From NCBI GenBank assembly GCA_028023455.1, contig JAQFVV010000003.1:29636001-29700000 (forward strand): a DNA stretch of 64,000 nt. Direction: 5' to 3'. The translations under genes and the position numbers were made by a program. The DNA is from Epiperipatus broadwayi. Lineage: Eukaryota; Animalia; Onychophora. Below, piece after piece: positions 24,201 through 39,949 of the stretch. Within the stretch, counting starts at the first letter, position 1. Every line of letters begins with the position of its first letter. Below the pieces are notes generated by a model, which was not told the DNA's origin, did not search any database, and worked only from the letters and a program-made list of their open reading frames with translations.

Positions 24201-27200
24201 TTACAAACCTATATTTTTTTTTGTGTTATTATCTCCATTTATCCGATAGGTTTTCCTCCCCACCCTGGGAGTGAGTTAGCTTGGGTCAGGCACCTCATTA
24301 ATTGGGAAATATAATTCTCACCGTAATAGTGAGTTTGGCGCTTGAGGTCATCGATAAATTGACGCTCATAAATATATTCTCCCATAGACATTATTTTTAC
24401 ATTTAGATCTTATTCAAGATACAAGGGCTACCGGAAACTTTTATTCATGTATCTTAAATCCTATTTACACAACACTTAAAATTTGCGTCAAGTAAACAAT
24501 ACTTGTATGAATAATTCGTATCAGAATTCTCTTTGGTGGGTAATATTTAAATATTACCTACAGGTGTTATGGCGACTAGACAGCCATAGAAAATTCCATC
24601 TAGTCTTCGATTAGGGTCACTTGTCCATTTCTTGAGATCTATATTATTTGGTTTAAGTTCACCAACGTCGGATAAGACGTGAAAAAGGGGTTGCCCGTTA
24701 AAGTACTGATGCTTATATTAGTCATGTTTTGTTCCTGAATGCACTGACAGTTATTGAATTGATCAGAATTGTTCTAGAACTTGCTTTTTTCTCCAATTAA
24801 AAATATTAGATGCCCATTTATTGATTAATAATATATAGTTAACTAAGTTAAAAGTCCTGATCTCAAATAAGAAATTCTCAGCTACTAAAAAAATCTCTGT
24901 CCAAATCTAGATCTGATTTCAAATCATAGATATGGTAGATTAATGGATTAACCATTTTATTATTAGCTTCTTTGTAGATTATAATTTATGAAATAGAAGT
25001 TTAAACCCACTTTATATTATATTAAGCCAAGATATTGTAAATTTTATTTCTTTTATTACCAAGTGATAACTTTAGCACAGAAACTTTACAATATGAAAAA
25101 AATATTTAAAATTCTTTTTGTTTTTATTAACGCATCCTCTCATTTGGGATGGACACACTGATAAAAAAAAAAGTATCTTTATATAATTATAAAAATAACA
25201 GTAAACATTAAAGTAAGAAATAGTTTTTATTATCCTTTTAAAAATATAAGGTGCATTTACACAGAACTGTATGCAAAATTTACAACAAATTAAAAAGATT
25301 AAATTATTTCTGTCAAAACAATTTTTATATGTACATAGTATACCATTACACTTTTGATTTTTCTGGAAAATATGGAATACTTCATAACTTATGTGAATCC
25401 AGAAATACCTCTTTATTATATATATAAAAATCCTATCCCCTATCTCACCCAGTGGAGAACAAAAAAAAAAAAATCACATAAACAGTACAAATATAATGTG
25501 CATTTAATTTTAATCATCAATAAATCCCAAGAAACAGTTCCACTCTCCATTCCCATAATTTAATCAAATGAAAAGATTGAAAAATAAAATCAATTAAAAT
25601 TTCAGAAGGTATGAAAATAATAAACTGACTATTATTAAGCACCACATAATTTCCCTATCTTACATTTAATTAAACATAGTAGTATCTATCTCTTCATATC
25701 AAAGCCAAACCAAATAAGAAATCAGTAACAATGCAACTAGAATTATAGCTTACCGATAGAAATAACTGTTGTTTTTTTTTTTTTGTAAAGCCAACAGTTT
25801 AGTCATAGAAGTCTGGTTGCTCAGCTATCCAGTCTCCACTAAATTAGTTAATACATACATTTTTTGATTTTGAAAAAGATAGATGTTGCAATGTTTAATA
25901 TATTGGGAGGTGTAATAATTTAAAATGACATCAGTTCAAAACTTTAAAGAATGATTCTTTGAGATATAATTACATTATTATTTATTTTCATTAATTCTAC
26001 ATTTATTTTTTATTAATTGTACAAAAAGTAATACTTTTTTTTTTTTTTTGCTATTTATTGTGAACAAATATATATCCATACAGGTCAAAACATAAAAAAA
26101 AAGTTATCAAAATAGATTTTTAGTAGAAATTTATAAAAAAATAATAAATTACTAATAATTAAAAATTAATTACAGATTTAAATAAGAAGATGGAATGTAT
26201 TTTTTGAAGATGAACTATAAAATGCAAAAAAAAAAAAAAAACAAAAACCAAATACAGGATTTAAATGTGTCCATTGCACAATTTACCATGATTTTGAAAT
26301 ACTATAAGACAATTTAATAATAACCCAATTTAAATTTTTATTCTAATTTTTTTTCATTTAATGTTCATATGGAATAAAGTTACTTTAACTAAACTTCTAA
26401 TAGTAATTTTCCCATCAATAATAGTAAAATAAATTAATCGCACCAAATTAAAAAACAAAAATAAAATAATTAAATATAAGACACATTTGTATCATACTTT
26501 GTATGTATATATACATTAATTACTGGAGAATCCTTCACAATAATAGAAAACATAAATTTTATGTTTTTAATAAATGTTAACCCTTTTATATTTTTACAAA
26601 TATCACTTTTAATAAATAAAACTTTCCTATAATATGACAGATTATAATATATTTTGATTACAATTAATGTAACAAAAGAAATATCTGAAAATAGGTCAAA
26701 TATTTATCTTTAAAATAAATAAAGCAAAGAGAAATATGGAAAAAATTATGCTGGGACCAACAAGGAAAAAGCAGAAAAAGAAAGAAATGAATTTGATCCC
26801 AGATTAATATTAATGACTTAAAAATTAAATAACTTAAGAGATGAGATTGGACATGTAACAAAATAAATGATGGAATAGAACAATCTTTGACTGAATATAA
26901 TAAATAAAAAATATATGGAAGTTTGATGAATACTTATAAAAAAACTGTGACATATCTTTATGAAAAAGGGTCTGCCCTGCAATGGGTTGTTTGGCTCAAA
27001 ATGACCTATAAATCATTGTATAATATACAATAAGCATGACTATATGATTCAGATTAGAAATATCATGAAGCTGCAAACTATATCCATTTTTATTTTCTTC
27101 AGACTACTTGTAAATTTACTGTAAATATTATACTCCAATTATCTGGTATAAAAGTAAATGATAAACAAATAAATGAAATGGTAAAACTTTTGTTGGACTA

Positions 27201-30200
27201 GAGTTAAAAATTCCGGAACTGAAGATCAACCTGTTGCTTTTGATACTCAAATATATATATATATATCTCCTGAGTAACTAACCAAATGATTATTATTGTT
27301 ATTATTATTTAATTAATATGTATTCATTTTAGACAAATGTTGATAGCTAATTGTGTAAAAAAAATATATATATAACTTACATATATAAAACAAGTATCAT
27401 TTTGTTAATAATAAACTAAAACATTTCATTTAGTATAATATTATTGTATATTAAATTACTAAATTTATAAAATATTAATCTATTGGATAATTAATTTGCA
27501 TAAATTAAACAAATTGTTATCAATTTATTTATGAGAGAAAAAAAAGAAGAGAAAAACAAATTTATAAATTGGGTATTATTAAATATTTTAAAAAGTTCAA
27601 AATCATGACTATTGTTTAATTAAAGAAATAATTTTCAAAAAAACCTTGAATTATCAAGAATTTGGTCATTTATATATTTTTAAAGTATTTTTTTTTTTAT
27701 AAAAAAAATTGTACGTACATGTGCACAATCACACACATAATAAATATATACAAAAAAAATTTTTTTACATGAATTATATCTGACTGATACCATCATAAGT
27801 ACAAAAAAATAGGATGCCATGATCTTTTCTAAAAGCTAGATAGAATAATTAGTTAATATAATGAAATATTACAGTCAAGCAATGATATTTGAGCAACTAG
27901 ACAATTAAGTAGTACTGATTAAGTGGAAACAGTTACTATGCTCTCAACATAATTTATTATGACATCTCAATATTTCAAAGTATATTACAAGCTTTAATGA
28001 GCCTTTTATGTTAATTAATGGAGAAATATTTTTCTCTGATCAATTTAAATTTAATCTGAAGTGTGATTTAAGAGAGAAACCTCTAAAATTAATAAATAAA
28101 TCACTATTTTAGTACTTGTATTTAGATAATTTATATTCTCGGTGTTTGTGAAATGGTGTTGTACGTTGAATTCATTATTAAAATTCAATCATAATGAAGT
28201 TAGATATATAAACACTAATATACCAGTAATATATTGTGATAGAAGTATCATTTGATTGTTCTTTATAGTTCATATATTGTGATAGAAATATAATTTGAAT
28301 GTTCTTTATAGCTTAAAGTTTAAAACTCTTTCAAGATTTAAAAAAATTGCAATATTTTTCTAATTAAATTACATTTAATTATGATAATTCCAATGAGTTT
28401 TATGTAATTATTTTTAAATAACAGTTTTTTTTTTTGTAAGATAGAACTTCACATTTTAATCTTCATATAAAATATTGATTAAAATTATATTTTAATGTAG
28501 TTACCACTGTAAAATAATAGAAGTAAAAAAGTTTCCAATACGTTTAATCAAATGACAATAGGAATTTATTTATTGGATATTTAATCATATTTTGATTTGT
28601 GCTTTTCAATCTAAAAGTGCCAGATAATATAATGGTTTATGCAACTATTTATCATATCCTAAGATTTGAATCTGAATAAATATTTCTAACAATCTTAAGA
28701 TTTTTTTTTGACAACTAGATCATAGCTATCCCATCTAATTATCTTATTTCTGGTCAGCAAATAGATATCTAACTATTTTCATCTGGAGGATACAAATTTT
28801 GATTAATCTGAGTCAATTATATATTGCGATGTATTAGTCATAAAACAAAAATGATTGAAATCTAATCTAATCTAGATTAATGTGATTTCTTGGAAAAATT
28901 TAGATTATTCAAACTTGTATAAAATTATAATAAAAAAATTCAATAATATAAAATTTTGTAGGTAGTTTCCTAAATTAATAAACATTGCTAGATATTTATT
29001 TATTATGAACTATTATTTTTGTTTAATAATAATTTTATTCTTCAGTTAGCAGTGACAAGTAATCAGATATCATATGGTTGAGAACTTTAAAAAATGTAGC
29101 AAATTCTGCCCTAGGCCAAAATGCAAATGATTTTTTTTTTAAAAAACTAGGTTTCTTTTAGTTAAAATATGAGTGCATCTTAAATAACAAGAAATAAGTT
29201 AATGGTATTAAAATAATGAGATAAATTTATAAAAGTATAAATATTTAGCAAATAATTTTTTTTTGTTTATCTGTTGTAAATTACTAAAGACTTTTTAAAA
29301 TGATTTATTAATAATTTTCTTTAAATATATATATATAAATAAACAGGAGAGGATTTTAATTTTATGTTCCACATATAGAGATATCAATGTAAAAACTCAA
29401 CTCACTATCTAAATATGAACAAAGCAAAGTTGTTTTTCTCTTCAAAACCATAACAAAATATATGCACCTACTATTGCTTCATAATACAAATCCATCATGG
29501 ATGAAAATGCAGCTACTAATATTTAGAAGACAAAACTGAAAGTTCATTTATAGATTTCAGAAATAGCTCCATTTAAATTTTTTATCCATTATATTTGCAA
29601 AGTTGATTTTAGATTCAATGTTAATAGTATATAATATTAACATTTATGTTTTTGAGATGGCAAGCTATTATTATCACTCAGTCATACTTTGGTCTAATAC
29701 ATTCAACTTGCTTTTTAGCAAAAAATTTAATATATATATATGTTTACGCTTTATTTTCCATTTATTACTATAAGAGTATGTGTACACGTGCACAAGATCA
29801 ATGATTAAATTAACTTTTTGACGAGTGGCAGTTTGCAGTTCAATTTTTAACTTTAGAGTTTTGAGATAGAAATAAATTTTATGCTGCAATAATCAGAAAT
29901 CCTATACTAGATAATAGTCACTCTACGAATCAGTCTTCTAAACTGAAATAAAAAAAACTGCAAAAAGAAAAATTCTATAATAGAAGTTATGCTGTCAATG
30001 CATGTTTGAAATTCAATTAAAAATGGAACATGCTGATGGGCAATCTTGTCACACTTCAGCAATGAGAAAATTAAAAGACAATGTCATTATAATTTTACAC
30101 ACACACAAAAATTTCATATAGTAATGAATCATTCAGTGTTTACCAGTTGAAGATATAAACCAGCAAACAGACGTTTATAAATAATTTTAACATTTTCCAC

Positions 30201-32598
30201 AACTTTATCTTTAATATGAAAAATAATATAAATATGCTAAGAAGATTTCTTAATCTGTATAATTTTATTATTTGTAGCAGTAAAATACATTGTGACAACT
30301 TTAAATAGTCACCTTTTAGATAGATGCTAAACAGTAGAAATTTCCTAGACTAATGATAATTGATTAAAATCCAGTAATTGAAATACATTTAGTAATAATA
30401 ATAATTATAAAAACATTATAACAAATTACAAATCACTAGCCAAAATGTTTTTATACTATGGTTTCATATTAGCACACTTGAAAAAAAAATGTTATATATC
30501 TCTGATATAAATGACCAAATCGTGATAATTTGCAAAATAAATATAAATATTTCTTTCATACAAAGTTTATTTACAAACATGATTTTTGGAGGACTGAATA
30601 TTGGCATAGATATAACTAAAAATTATTAGATGTAATAATTTTTAATACTTATCTATTAGTAATATCTTGAAAAAATATAATTACTGTATATATAAGAAAA
30701 AAAAACCTACGAATAATAAGGATTTCCAAATTTTTATTTTATAATTATTGCTATGAACAGGAATAAAGAAAAATTAAAATTATATAACACAATGTAATAA
30801 ATATTTTATAGCCTATTATTTTGAATTAAAAACAAAGCATTACCATTTAATCAAATCTTTAGATTTAATATATATTTTATTTAATTTCTGTCACTTTCCT
30901 CTATTAGAAAAATTTATAAATCAATATTATAATGAAGACACAGCATATTTTATTTCCAAAAGTTTAATAAATATAAGGAGTTTTAAAATTGATATAATAT
31001 TTATGAAATAGGTAAATAACTATCAAGTGAAGTTTGCTTCTTGTTGTTATGCTTAAATGTTTATTTCATTAATGCATTTCAAGTGAACTACAATGTTCTA
31101 CTAATCTGTTAAAAAAAAATAAAAATTTGCAATTTATAACAAATGTACAATTATTATTTCAAGTATAATTTATATGCAGCAGAAAATAGGACTATTAAAA
31201 AAACAAAAACAAAGTTTTCTGAAATATGAACTAAGAGACAAATGGAAACTTCACTTAATGAATTCAGTTTTTTTTTTTTTAATGAGCAACTTATCATAAA
31301 CACATCTGAAAAATGTAACTCGGTCTCTGCAATGCATTTTAATTGATATCAAGATAGGTATATTGAAGTATTAAAAACAGTGAAAAAAAAAGGATTTTAA
31401 TAAAACAAATGAATATTTCATTGGGTATGTTCTGAGACATAAAGTAATAAAAAAATGAAGAAAAAAAGAAGAGATAAACAGATAATTTAAAAAAATAAAA
31501 TAAGATGAACATTTAAAAAAGTGAGCTAAGAGTGGAAGGCTCGAAGTGATGTATATGACTGGTTTTGTGCACAAATAACTAATGATATTAAAATTATAAA
31601 TAACTATAATTTTGTTAGTTTTAAAATGGAAGTTGATCATAAATGTTTTGAGTTAATAATTAATTTAACTAAGGCTGAATGTAATAATAACAATGTAGAG
31701 AAATAAAAATTTCCCCAAATGGAAATTTAACAAATTAAAAAATGATTAAATTGTAGAATATTTGCTTATTAAATGAACTAAAAAAAATAGTAATAATAAT
31801 TAATAATTAAATAAAATAAAGTAAGAAATGCTGAAATATTAATAGTAACACTGCATTATCACTTCTATTCTTAATCAATCAATGTATATTAGATAGTAGA
31901 ACTAGCTAAATCTGACTAATTTCTGTTTATTGACCTTTGTCAAAGAGAAACATTTGATCACATGATAGCTATATACTACTTTGCAGTTTTGATTGACATT
32001 AATGTCTGACATCCATTGCTTAGTTAGATGATGCTATTGTAGAGTGACAAGAATAAATTGCAAGCTAAGAGAGTCATAATGCTTTATTTGGTAAATACTC
32101 AAATCATCATTATGATGTTAAAAGTCAAATAGATCTCTCTTCTCCAAACACACTACTCATAGTTACCTCCTGTTTTAGCATCTATAAATTTTTACCTGTT
32201 TTCCTATTACTCTTTTATAATTCATCTAAGTGATGCTTCTTAATTCTCAAATATTTATTACAGAGGAAGGAGTGGTAATATATTTAAAAAAGAAACTAGT
32301 GAGAATTGTGAGGGAGAAAAGGAAAAGCAGGAGAAAGTAAATTATCCAGTAGAAAAATAAGAAATAGGAAAAAAAAAAGATAAGAAATATGAATCTGGAA
32401 AGTTTACCTGGTTTTAGATACATAAAAAAAAACTAATTGTTTCTATTTGATTTACAATTCCTATTTTTAATATTTTCATGTTTATTATTAATATCTATTC
32501 TAACTTTTTATAATATTCTTAATGTTTTGATTTATTGTCTTCCAAATATCATTCTATTAACTTTTAAATATTACTTTTTATATGTTTATGGATAAAAG

Positions 32599-32800
32599 TA
32601 TAATATTAATATCATCTATATTCTTTATTACTTTTACAATGCCTTTTTTACGACCTAATATGACAGTTATTGCTGGGGCAATCAAAACTCTCATATTAGC
32701 TTGTAAAAAAAAGCATTGTAAAAGTAATAAAGAACATAGATGATATTAATATTATATGGATTTGGCAATGCAATAGGAAAGAAAAAGTTATAATACTTCA
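32599..32800. mobile_element. AT-rich inverted-arm insertion with a right-hand tail and 12-bp TSD; no HHR seen
   Basis: TATGGATAAAAG at 32587-32598 and 32801-32812. Arms run ~32600-32757. Confidence 0.6.
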
Positions 32801-33110
32801 TATGGATAAAAGATAATTGCTTATAATTTTTATGCCTGAAAGCTTGATTTGCACTTAAATTCTCTTGAAAAAGATGATGGACTACTGAATTTCTCCATTA
32901 TGTACTTTGAAGCTAATCAGAAATTTTCCTATCCAAGTCTATGATAATAATCCTTTGAACACTTTTTTTAAGAGTTTACTATCTTAAAAATTATTTAAAA
33001 AACATAAACTTTGAGAAAAGTGGGTTGCATTCACATTGAAATCTCAGTTATTAATTTTTATTATTCTATTTTCATAGAATTATAGTCATAAACATGAATA
33101 GCAGAGTTTC

Positions 33111-33445
33111 ACAGAGGCACCACCCAATGCAAGCCAGAATAATCAATGGATGCAGGAAGATTTGTGCAAAAAATCCCTATCTAATGCCTACTCATCCAAT
33201 ATCCCCAGACTAATTTCTAGATTGTGGCTTTCATCAGTGAGGAGCTTTGGATCTGAGAGCACTACCCTAAATCTTAGGATCTAATACAACCCTCCATTAG
33301 ATAGGTATTTTATGCACAAATCTTCCTGCATACATTGATTACTCTGGTTTGCACTGAGTGGTGCTACTGTATGGAAAGTTTTGCCTCTGTGAAAAACAGC
33401 TTGTGTAAGCACAAAGAATAGTGATCATGTGATGTTTGATGGTTT
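33111..33445. mobile_element. Family A insertion (forward plus inverted fragment), 14-bp TSD, HHR motif at 33202-33243(-)
   Basis: AATAGCAGAGTTTC at 33097-33110 and 33446-33459. Motif: UCCUCA CUGAUGA AAGCCACAAUCUA GAAAU UA GUC UGGGGA (weak stem II). Confidence 0.85.
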
Positions 33446-36400
33446 AATAGCAGAGTTTCTATTTGGCTTCAAAATGCACACTGAAAAAATACAATAGATT
33501 AATGTCTTTTTCAAAAGGATATAAGAATAGACTGTAACAAACTAATCAAAATAGTTTTCAGTCATATTCAGTTTCTTATTAAAAAATCATAAGCAAATAT
33601 AAGTATATATCTATTATGAATTAATAATATATTATAGTCAACATCATTAAAGGTAATAATTTTATTGATATCTTTCTGAATATTTAAAATAACCAGCATC
33701 AATCCAAAGTCTCTAAATATAATTAGTAAATTTTAATGAAATGCAAACCTGGTATAAAATAAAAATCAAAAAAATATAAAATGCTAAAATAAACTGCAGA
33801 ATGACAACATATACTAATTGGACGAATATTTATCCTTTCTTAAGACAAAAAAACATTTAGAGCAATATAAAAAAAATAAAAATAGCAATAGTTACAAATC
33901 ACTAGTTATACTTCATTCAAAAGTATGATTATTTTTTTAAAAATAATTTACTCATTTTTTAAAAGTAATAATATTAATTTCACTATTGTATAGAATGTTT
34001 GACTTTTATAACCGAGATGTTCAATTTTCTTTTATAATTATCAGTATGTTTAAAACATAATTATAAAATTAATTACATTAATTTATATAATTTATTACTG
34101 AATAAAAAAATAAATTATACGATCCTTAATTACTAAATAATTTAATTGCAACAGTACTTTATTATCACTACCTAAATATATAAAATATGCAATAAGCCAT
34201 GACAATGTCAATTTAATCCCTGCATTTAACATGCATAATATCAATCTATAACTTTAGTTACTTAAATCACTAGGTATTCAAAATTTACTGATTATCTGTT
34301 CCATACAATATAATTATTTAATGACATGACAAAAAAATCAAGTAATAATATAATTATTTATATATAAATTAACCATGCAATAGTTTAATTAATAGGGAGT
34401 GTGAATAATATCTAAACAAACACATAACTTTTATATAGCGCATTTCAAGGTGTACGTTTAATTATTATACATACTTTTGGTTAAAATAGTATGTGGTTAA
34501 TTTGCATATGCATTATGCCACTGTCTTTATATATATTTGTTGCATTTCTGATGTTGATTTGGGACAATTTATAAGTTATAGAATAACTTATACACTGTGA
34601 TGGATATGGGTATGATTGGCAAATATTTTGGATGCATGAGATTTGTAAAACATACATCGTACATTGTATAAAATGATCAATTATATAAATTAACTATTTT
34701 TAATTACCAAGTAAAGTATAAGGGAAAACTACAAACTGTAATAAAAAAACAGCTGATTACCTTAGAATTAGTTTCTCTTACACTAAGAGGGATGTTAAAG
34801 AAGTTTTTCTTACCATGAAGCCACATAAACACTGTGTATATTTCTACTATGTATATATATATAAAAAATAAAATGAAGATTTTTATGAGCTACAGATAAA
34901 AAAAGTGATATTCGAGTTTATTATATTTCTACATTAAAAAATTTAAAGAGTAAATGATATTTTGATTAATTTTGATATTTTTTTGTTAATAATATTCAAA
35001 ATGACAAATCTTTATATATAGTAAGATATCAATGCAATCTACAAAACATTATTATTTAAATACTTATTTTGTGCTAATGCGCAACATTATAAATAATTGT
35101 TTGGCATACTGTACATCTATCTCTAGAGTACTAAATGATTTTTTTCTGGACAGTATATAAATATAGGTTTTAAAATCGTGCTTTTTAAATCATCTATCTG
35201 GCTCAGAAAATACAAATGACGTGTTTGAAGTCTGGTAAAGATATATTTTTTCTCACATGTTAACAGAATCAACCTTTACATGAAATTCACAACAAAAATG
35301 GAAAATTTCCCTTCCTTAATTAATGTATTTATCACAAAAAAAAAAAAAAATACACAATCTTTTGTCATTTTCCATTCTTAGAAAAAAATAAAACACACAG
35401 AAATCATCATCAAAATTCAGATTTTTTCTATAGTAAAATAGAGCAGTGAATTTTGCAGATAAATTCTGTTTAGAAGAAAAATACATTACATAAGCAGTAC
35501 CTAATTAGTTCCAAAACAACGGCAATAAAAAAACAAAGAAAAAAAATTATAGTTGTTAAAATTTGAGTTTCTTACATAAACAGTACAACAGACAGTATTA
35601 GATGTACTCTAAAAACTATATGTAAAAACTATGTAGACTATTAATCAAAAAATGTTACTTTCAACTAAGAACTCTATCCCTCTTGAGGCCCAGAAAGTCT
35701 AGAAAATCTCGTGGTATTTGTAGGTATAAATATCCATCACATTAGTGCTAGGATAGATTAACATAATAATGTAATAAAGCTATACTCGTCACCCTTTCTC
35801 TCTATGCTATGGATATTGACCACAGTGTAGCTTTTTCAAACACATCAAGGTCCTATTCAGATGACACTTAGCCATTAAAAAAAAAAACAGAGGCCATTAA
35901 AATTTTTAAGAGACCATCTGAAAAAAAAACTTTTTAAGGTCAATTAATGAAAATAATTTAATTTTAAATTAGATTTTTATTCAATGAACTTTTAATCTTG
36001 CAACTTTCTACAATATTTTTTAAAATAACATTCCTAATTCAAATAATGATAAATATAATCCAGATGAAACATCAGTACAATAATTCTAATTACACTAGGA
36101 TGAACCTGGATAATGTATCTTATACATGTATAAATGATAAAACAGCCTTTAAATAATCCATTATTGATACAGGTTTCTCTAACAACTCTTCAAAGAAGAA
36201 CAATCAAGGAGAAAATAGTATTATTAAGTTTGTCAACTGGTAGATAATGAAAGTTTAAGTGTTTTTCCATTCTTGTTTAACCCAATAATTAAAAATAGTT
36301 AGATATTTATCTGCCAATCATTATTGAAAACTTGTTTAGATTAGTTATGGATTGGCTCCTTAAAAAAGAATTAAATTTAGTCAGTGTAAATTCAAATTCA

Positions 36401-37280
36401 GGGCATAGGCTTATATACAGATATGACAACAAAATCTAGCATATACACGATTAGTAATCAAGAATATTATTTCAAAGATTTTATGAAATCCATTCAAAAA
36501 CTAATTAATTAAACTCATATATTTATTGTGTGGTCATTTACTCAACAAATCATTAATGTTCTAGCAACAAAGTGGCAAATAGAGCACAATAGTTTTTATT
36601 TAATTGATCTGAATTTTTTTTATTATTTCTTTAAGTTGAGAATTTATTTAAAATCTTTAGTTTTTCAAGCAGCCACTTATTATGAAACTAACTTCTCAAG
36701 CATTAGTCTTTCATAAAATATCTTAAAAAGATTTGATGAAAACTATTTTGTCTTTAGTCAAATCTAACTTCAAAATTACTTGCCTTGGCTACCAAATAAA
36801 TAAGATATGATCATTCTAAGTAGTAGGGGGAGGAAAAAAAAGACAAACAATAATAAGTTAAAGATGTCTTTTCCAATGATTATTTAAATGAATTCACAAA
36901 CCATAAATTTATCGACATATATCTCATGCTGGACCTTTCTTTTGTCTATTTATTTGACATTTTGTAATTCTATTTTTTAATATCACATTTTTTTTTTTTA
37001 AAAAAAAGTTTGCCTAAACTATAGCTTCATTGTATTCAATTCTATTCTCAAATAAATCCTTTCAATGAATGCAAGCAATAATAATATTTTGCTTCCATAT
37101 TTTAAATAAATTTTTTCCATTATCTTCATGTATACTGACAGATAGGCTATATCTCATTTCCTTATAATAAATTTAGTTGAGTAACCATTTTAATACAACT
37201 AATTTAATTAAAATTGTTCTATCATTATGATGAAATGTCCTAACTTGTTCAATGCAATAAACAGCACATTAGAGTTTGTG

Positions 37281-37508
37281 CTGCACTTTAACATTCAATT
37301 TCAATCTACAGTCAAATAATTTCTTTTACATAATTAATTATTTAAACTTTTTAATTTGACTTGCTAATTTTAAGTATTTACTGTAATTATGTTACTGCAC
37401 TTTAACATTCAATTTCAATCTACAGTCAAATAATTTCTTTTACATAATTAAATATTTAAACTTTTTAATTTGGCTTGCTAATTTTAAGTATTTACTGTAA
37501 TTATGTTA
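37281..37508. repeat. Tandem duplication, 2 x 114 bp
   Basis: ctgcactttaacattc... starts at 37281 and at 37395; the copies are near-identical. Confidence 0.9.
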
Positions 37509-39949
37509 TGTATTTCTATTATTAAATGTACATGATAAGAATAAACTAATTCATTTTATTACATTTTATGTTGAACTAGAGCATAGTTTGTGTAGGAGAC
37601 ATACATCTCATCTACATTATAAGGATTATTATGCCAAAACATTCTTAAGAACTAATGTCAATGTTTTCCATTAGGAAGATATGGCCATAAATAGAATCTA
37701 TTGGATAGATACAATTAGATGTAGTGCTGAAATATTTCAGAAAAGTTTTCTGTAGAAGAAATTAAAACAGCATCCTAAAATATCTAGGAAATATAAAAAT
37801 GGACCAGATGTTTATATGTGAAAAAAATTTGTTTTCTTAAATTGGTTTATATAGGTATTGTAATTCTTTTTTTACAACATTTTTTTTTCTTTCTTTTTAT
37901 TTAAAATTAAAATGGCTATAATCATTTTTTAGTGCCTGCTTATTGTTATTAGATTTTATGGAAAGTGCAGACCATGAGCAAAACATTTTACCTTTCATTT
38001 TTAGTAAAATACCAATACAGAATATTATTTGTTTTTTTTTTAACTTTTTTATCAGGCAATTCATTCACAAAGCAATGTTAAAAACAAATTAGTCATATGT
38101 ATATTTTAACAATGTTTATTCTATTTTAGATTACATTATTGTTGCTTTTTCCTTCATTAATAAAATCATCAAATAAAGTTGCAGATTAGGACATATTTTG
38201 TTATTTTAAGCAAAGTAACAATTTCATTTTTAAAAATATTTCTTATTATGTTAATTATTTTGAAATTTGTTTATTATTATTATTATTAAAATTTGTAATA
38301 TAAAAATTTATTTGTTTCATAAATACATTTGTTTAAATTGTTTTCTGATTCAGACACACAATTTAACTATTTTATATCCCATTTTACTGTCTACAATAGA
38401 TGTTAGCACATTAAATATAAAAATAAATAACTAAATGGCATTATTACTTGAGAGTTCATAAACAGTTGCAAAAAGTACCAACACTAGAATTGATTTGAAG
38501 CCAATACTCTCCAGAATATGACACTCTACAAGCATATTAAATCACGAAAGCATTCAATGGGTAAATACATTGATAGTAATTTCACATTGCAAATACATAA
38601 AGCTAAGGGAATTATATTTATTTGTAGTTTTCTGCCAGTAGTATTTCAGAAAATGAGGTAATAGTTTCTGAAAAAAAAAAAAAAAAATTAACAAATTATG
38701 TTTGTCCATAAGTTTAGCAATTTTTTTTACCATGACTTTTTTCCCTAATCATATCTGAATGAGTTTTTATTATCAACATTCAACTTTGGATTCTAATCTA
38801 CCAAAAAAATAAATTGATTTAAAAGTTGTTTAATAGCCCAGTCATCACATCCAAAAGTTATGGAAGACTAATGAAAATAAGTTGTCACAATGCTTGGTAT
38901 TTATAGATTATGTAAAAATATTTGGTTATAGAAGCATTTTTACAGTGATTAAAGCTTTGAGTAATCAAATTGTAGTCTCTGAATCCTGTCATATTCTGTA
39001 AAATATTCATCAAAATACAATTGAAATAAGTAAATGATTTAAAGATAGATTTTTAATATTAAAATAACTGTACAACAGGATGACTATTTTTACGAGTCTT
39101 ACTAGAAATAAGTTGTTTAAAATCGAAAACTAAAGAGTTAAATTAAATTGAAATTTTTAAAAACATATCAATTTTGTAAATGACACTGTTTTTGCTTACA
39201 GTAATGTTCAATGATTTTCAATCTCAAGAAGAAAATAAAGATTTATAATTATGAATTACAAAAATTACAGCATATACATAGGTCAGTATTTTACTACAGA
39301 TGGAAATATAATGGATGAAAATGTTCATAAAATTAAATGGAGTGCATTTATTAGAAATAACTTTATTATCAAATAAATGTGTCTAAAGAAAATTCTTAAT
39401 TATTTTCAGTTCATAAAGAAAAAAAATGTTTAATTTAATAATGAATTATTTAATCATTCGAACCAGATGTTGCTGAAGATTTTCCTTCCATTATCAGTTG
39501 AAAAAGTAATTTTTTGAATATTAATTACTAAAACAAACTTTATATAAATTTCATTCAAAGCATTTAAAAACACATTCTATGTTTCATTCTTTAAATTTAA
39601 GTTGACCAAAAAAAAAACCCAGCACAAAGCAATTAACTATATAAATCTAAAAACTAAAAAGTTCTTGTTTTTGCTTTTAAACGATTTGTGTTAAAACTGC
39701 ATCAAACCCATATCACATCCTTATGTCTATTTCATAAAGCCAACTATAAACTGTTCTAAAGATTATTAGCATAAAAATTAATAAGTCAAAGCTAATATAC
39801 AATCCTATATGATATTTTCTTTTCAATTGTCTCAGAATAACTATCAATTAGTAATAATGCTTTCTATCATATTATCATGCTGTAATTGTATATTTCATGG
39901 AAAACTAACTATGGTAAACATATCACAAACTTTCTTATTTATTGAGTCA

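Noticed and set aside
24215-24790. Coding-like minus-strand stretches (possible viral or processed-gene relic)
   Set aside because: Short frames with no recognisable motif.
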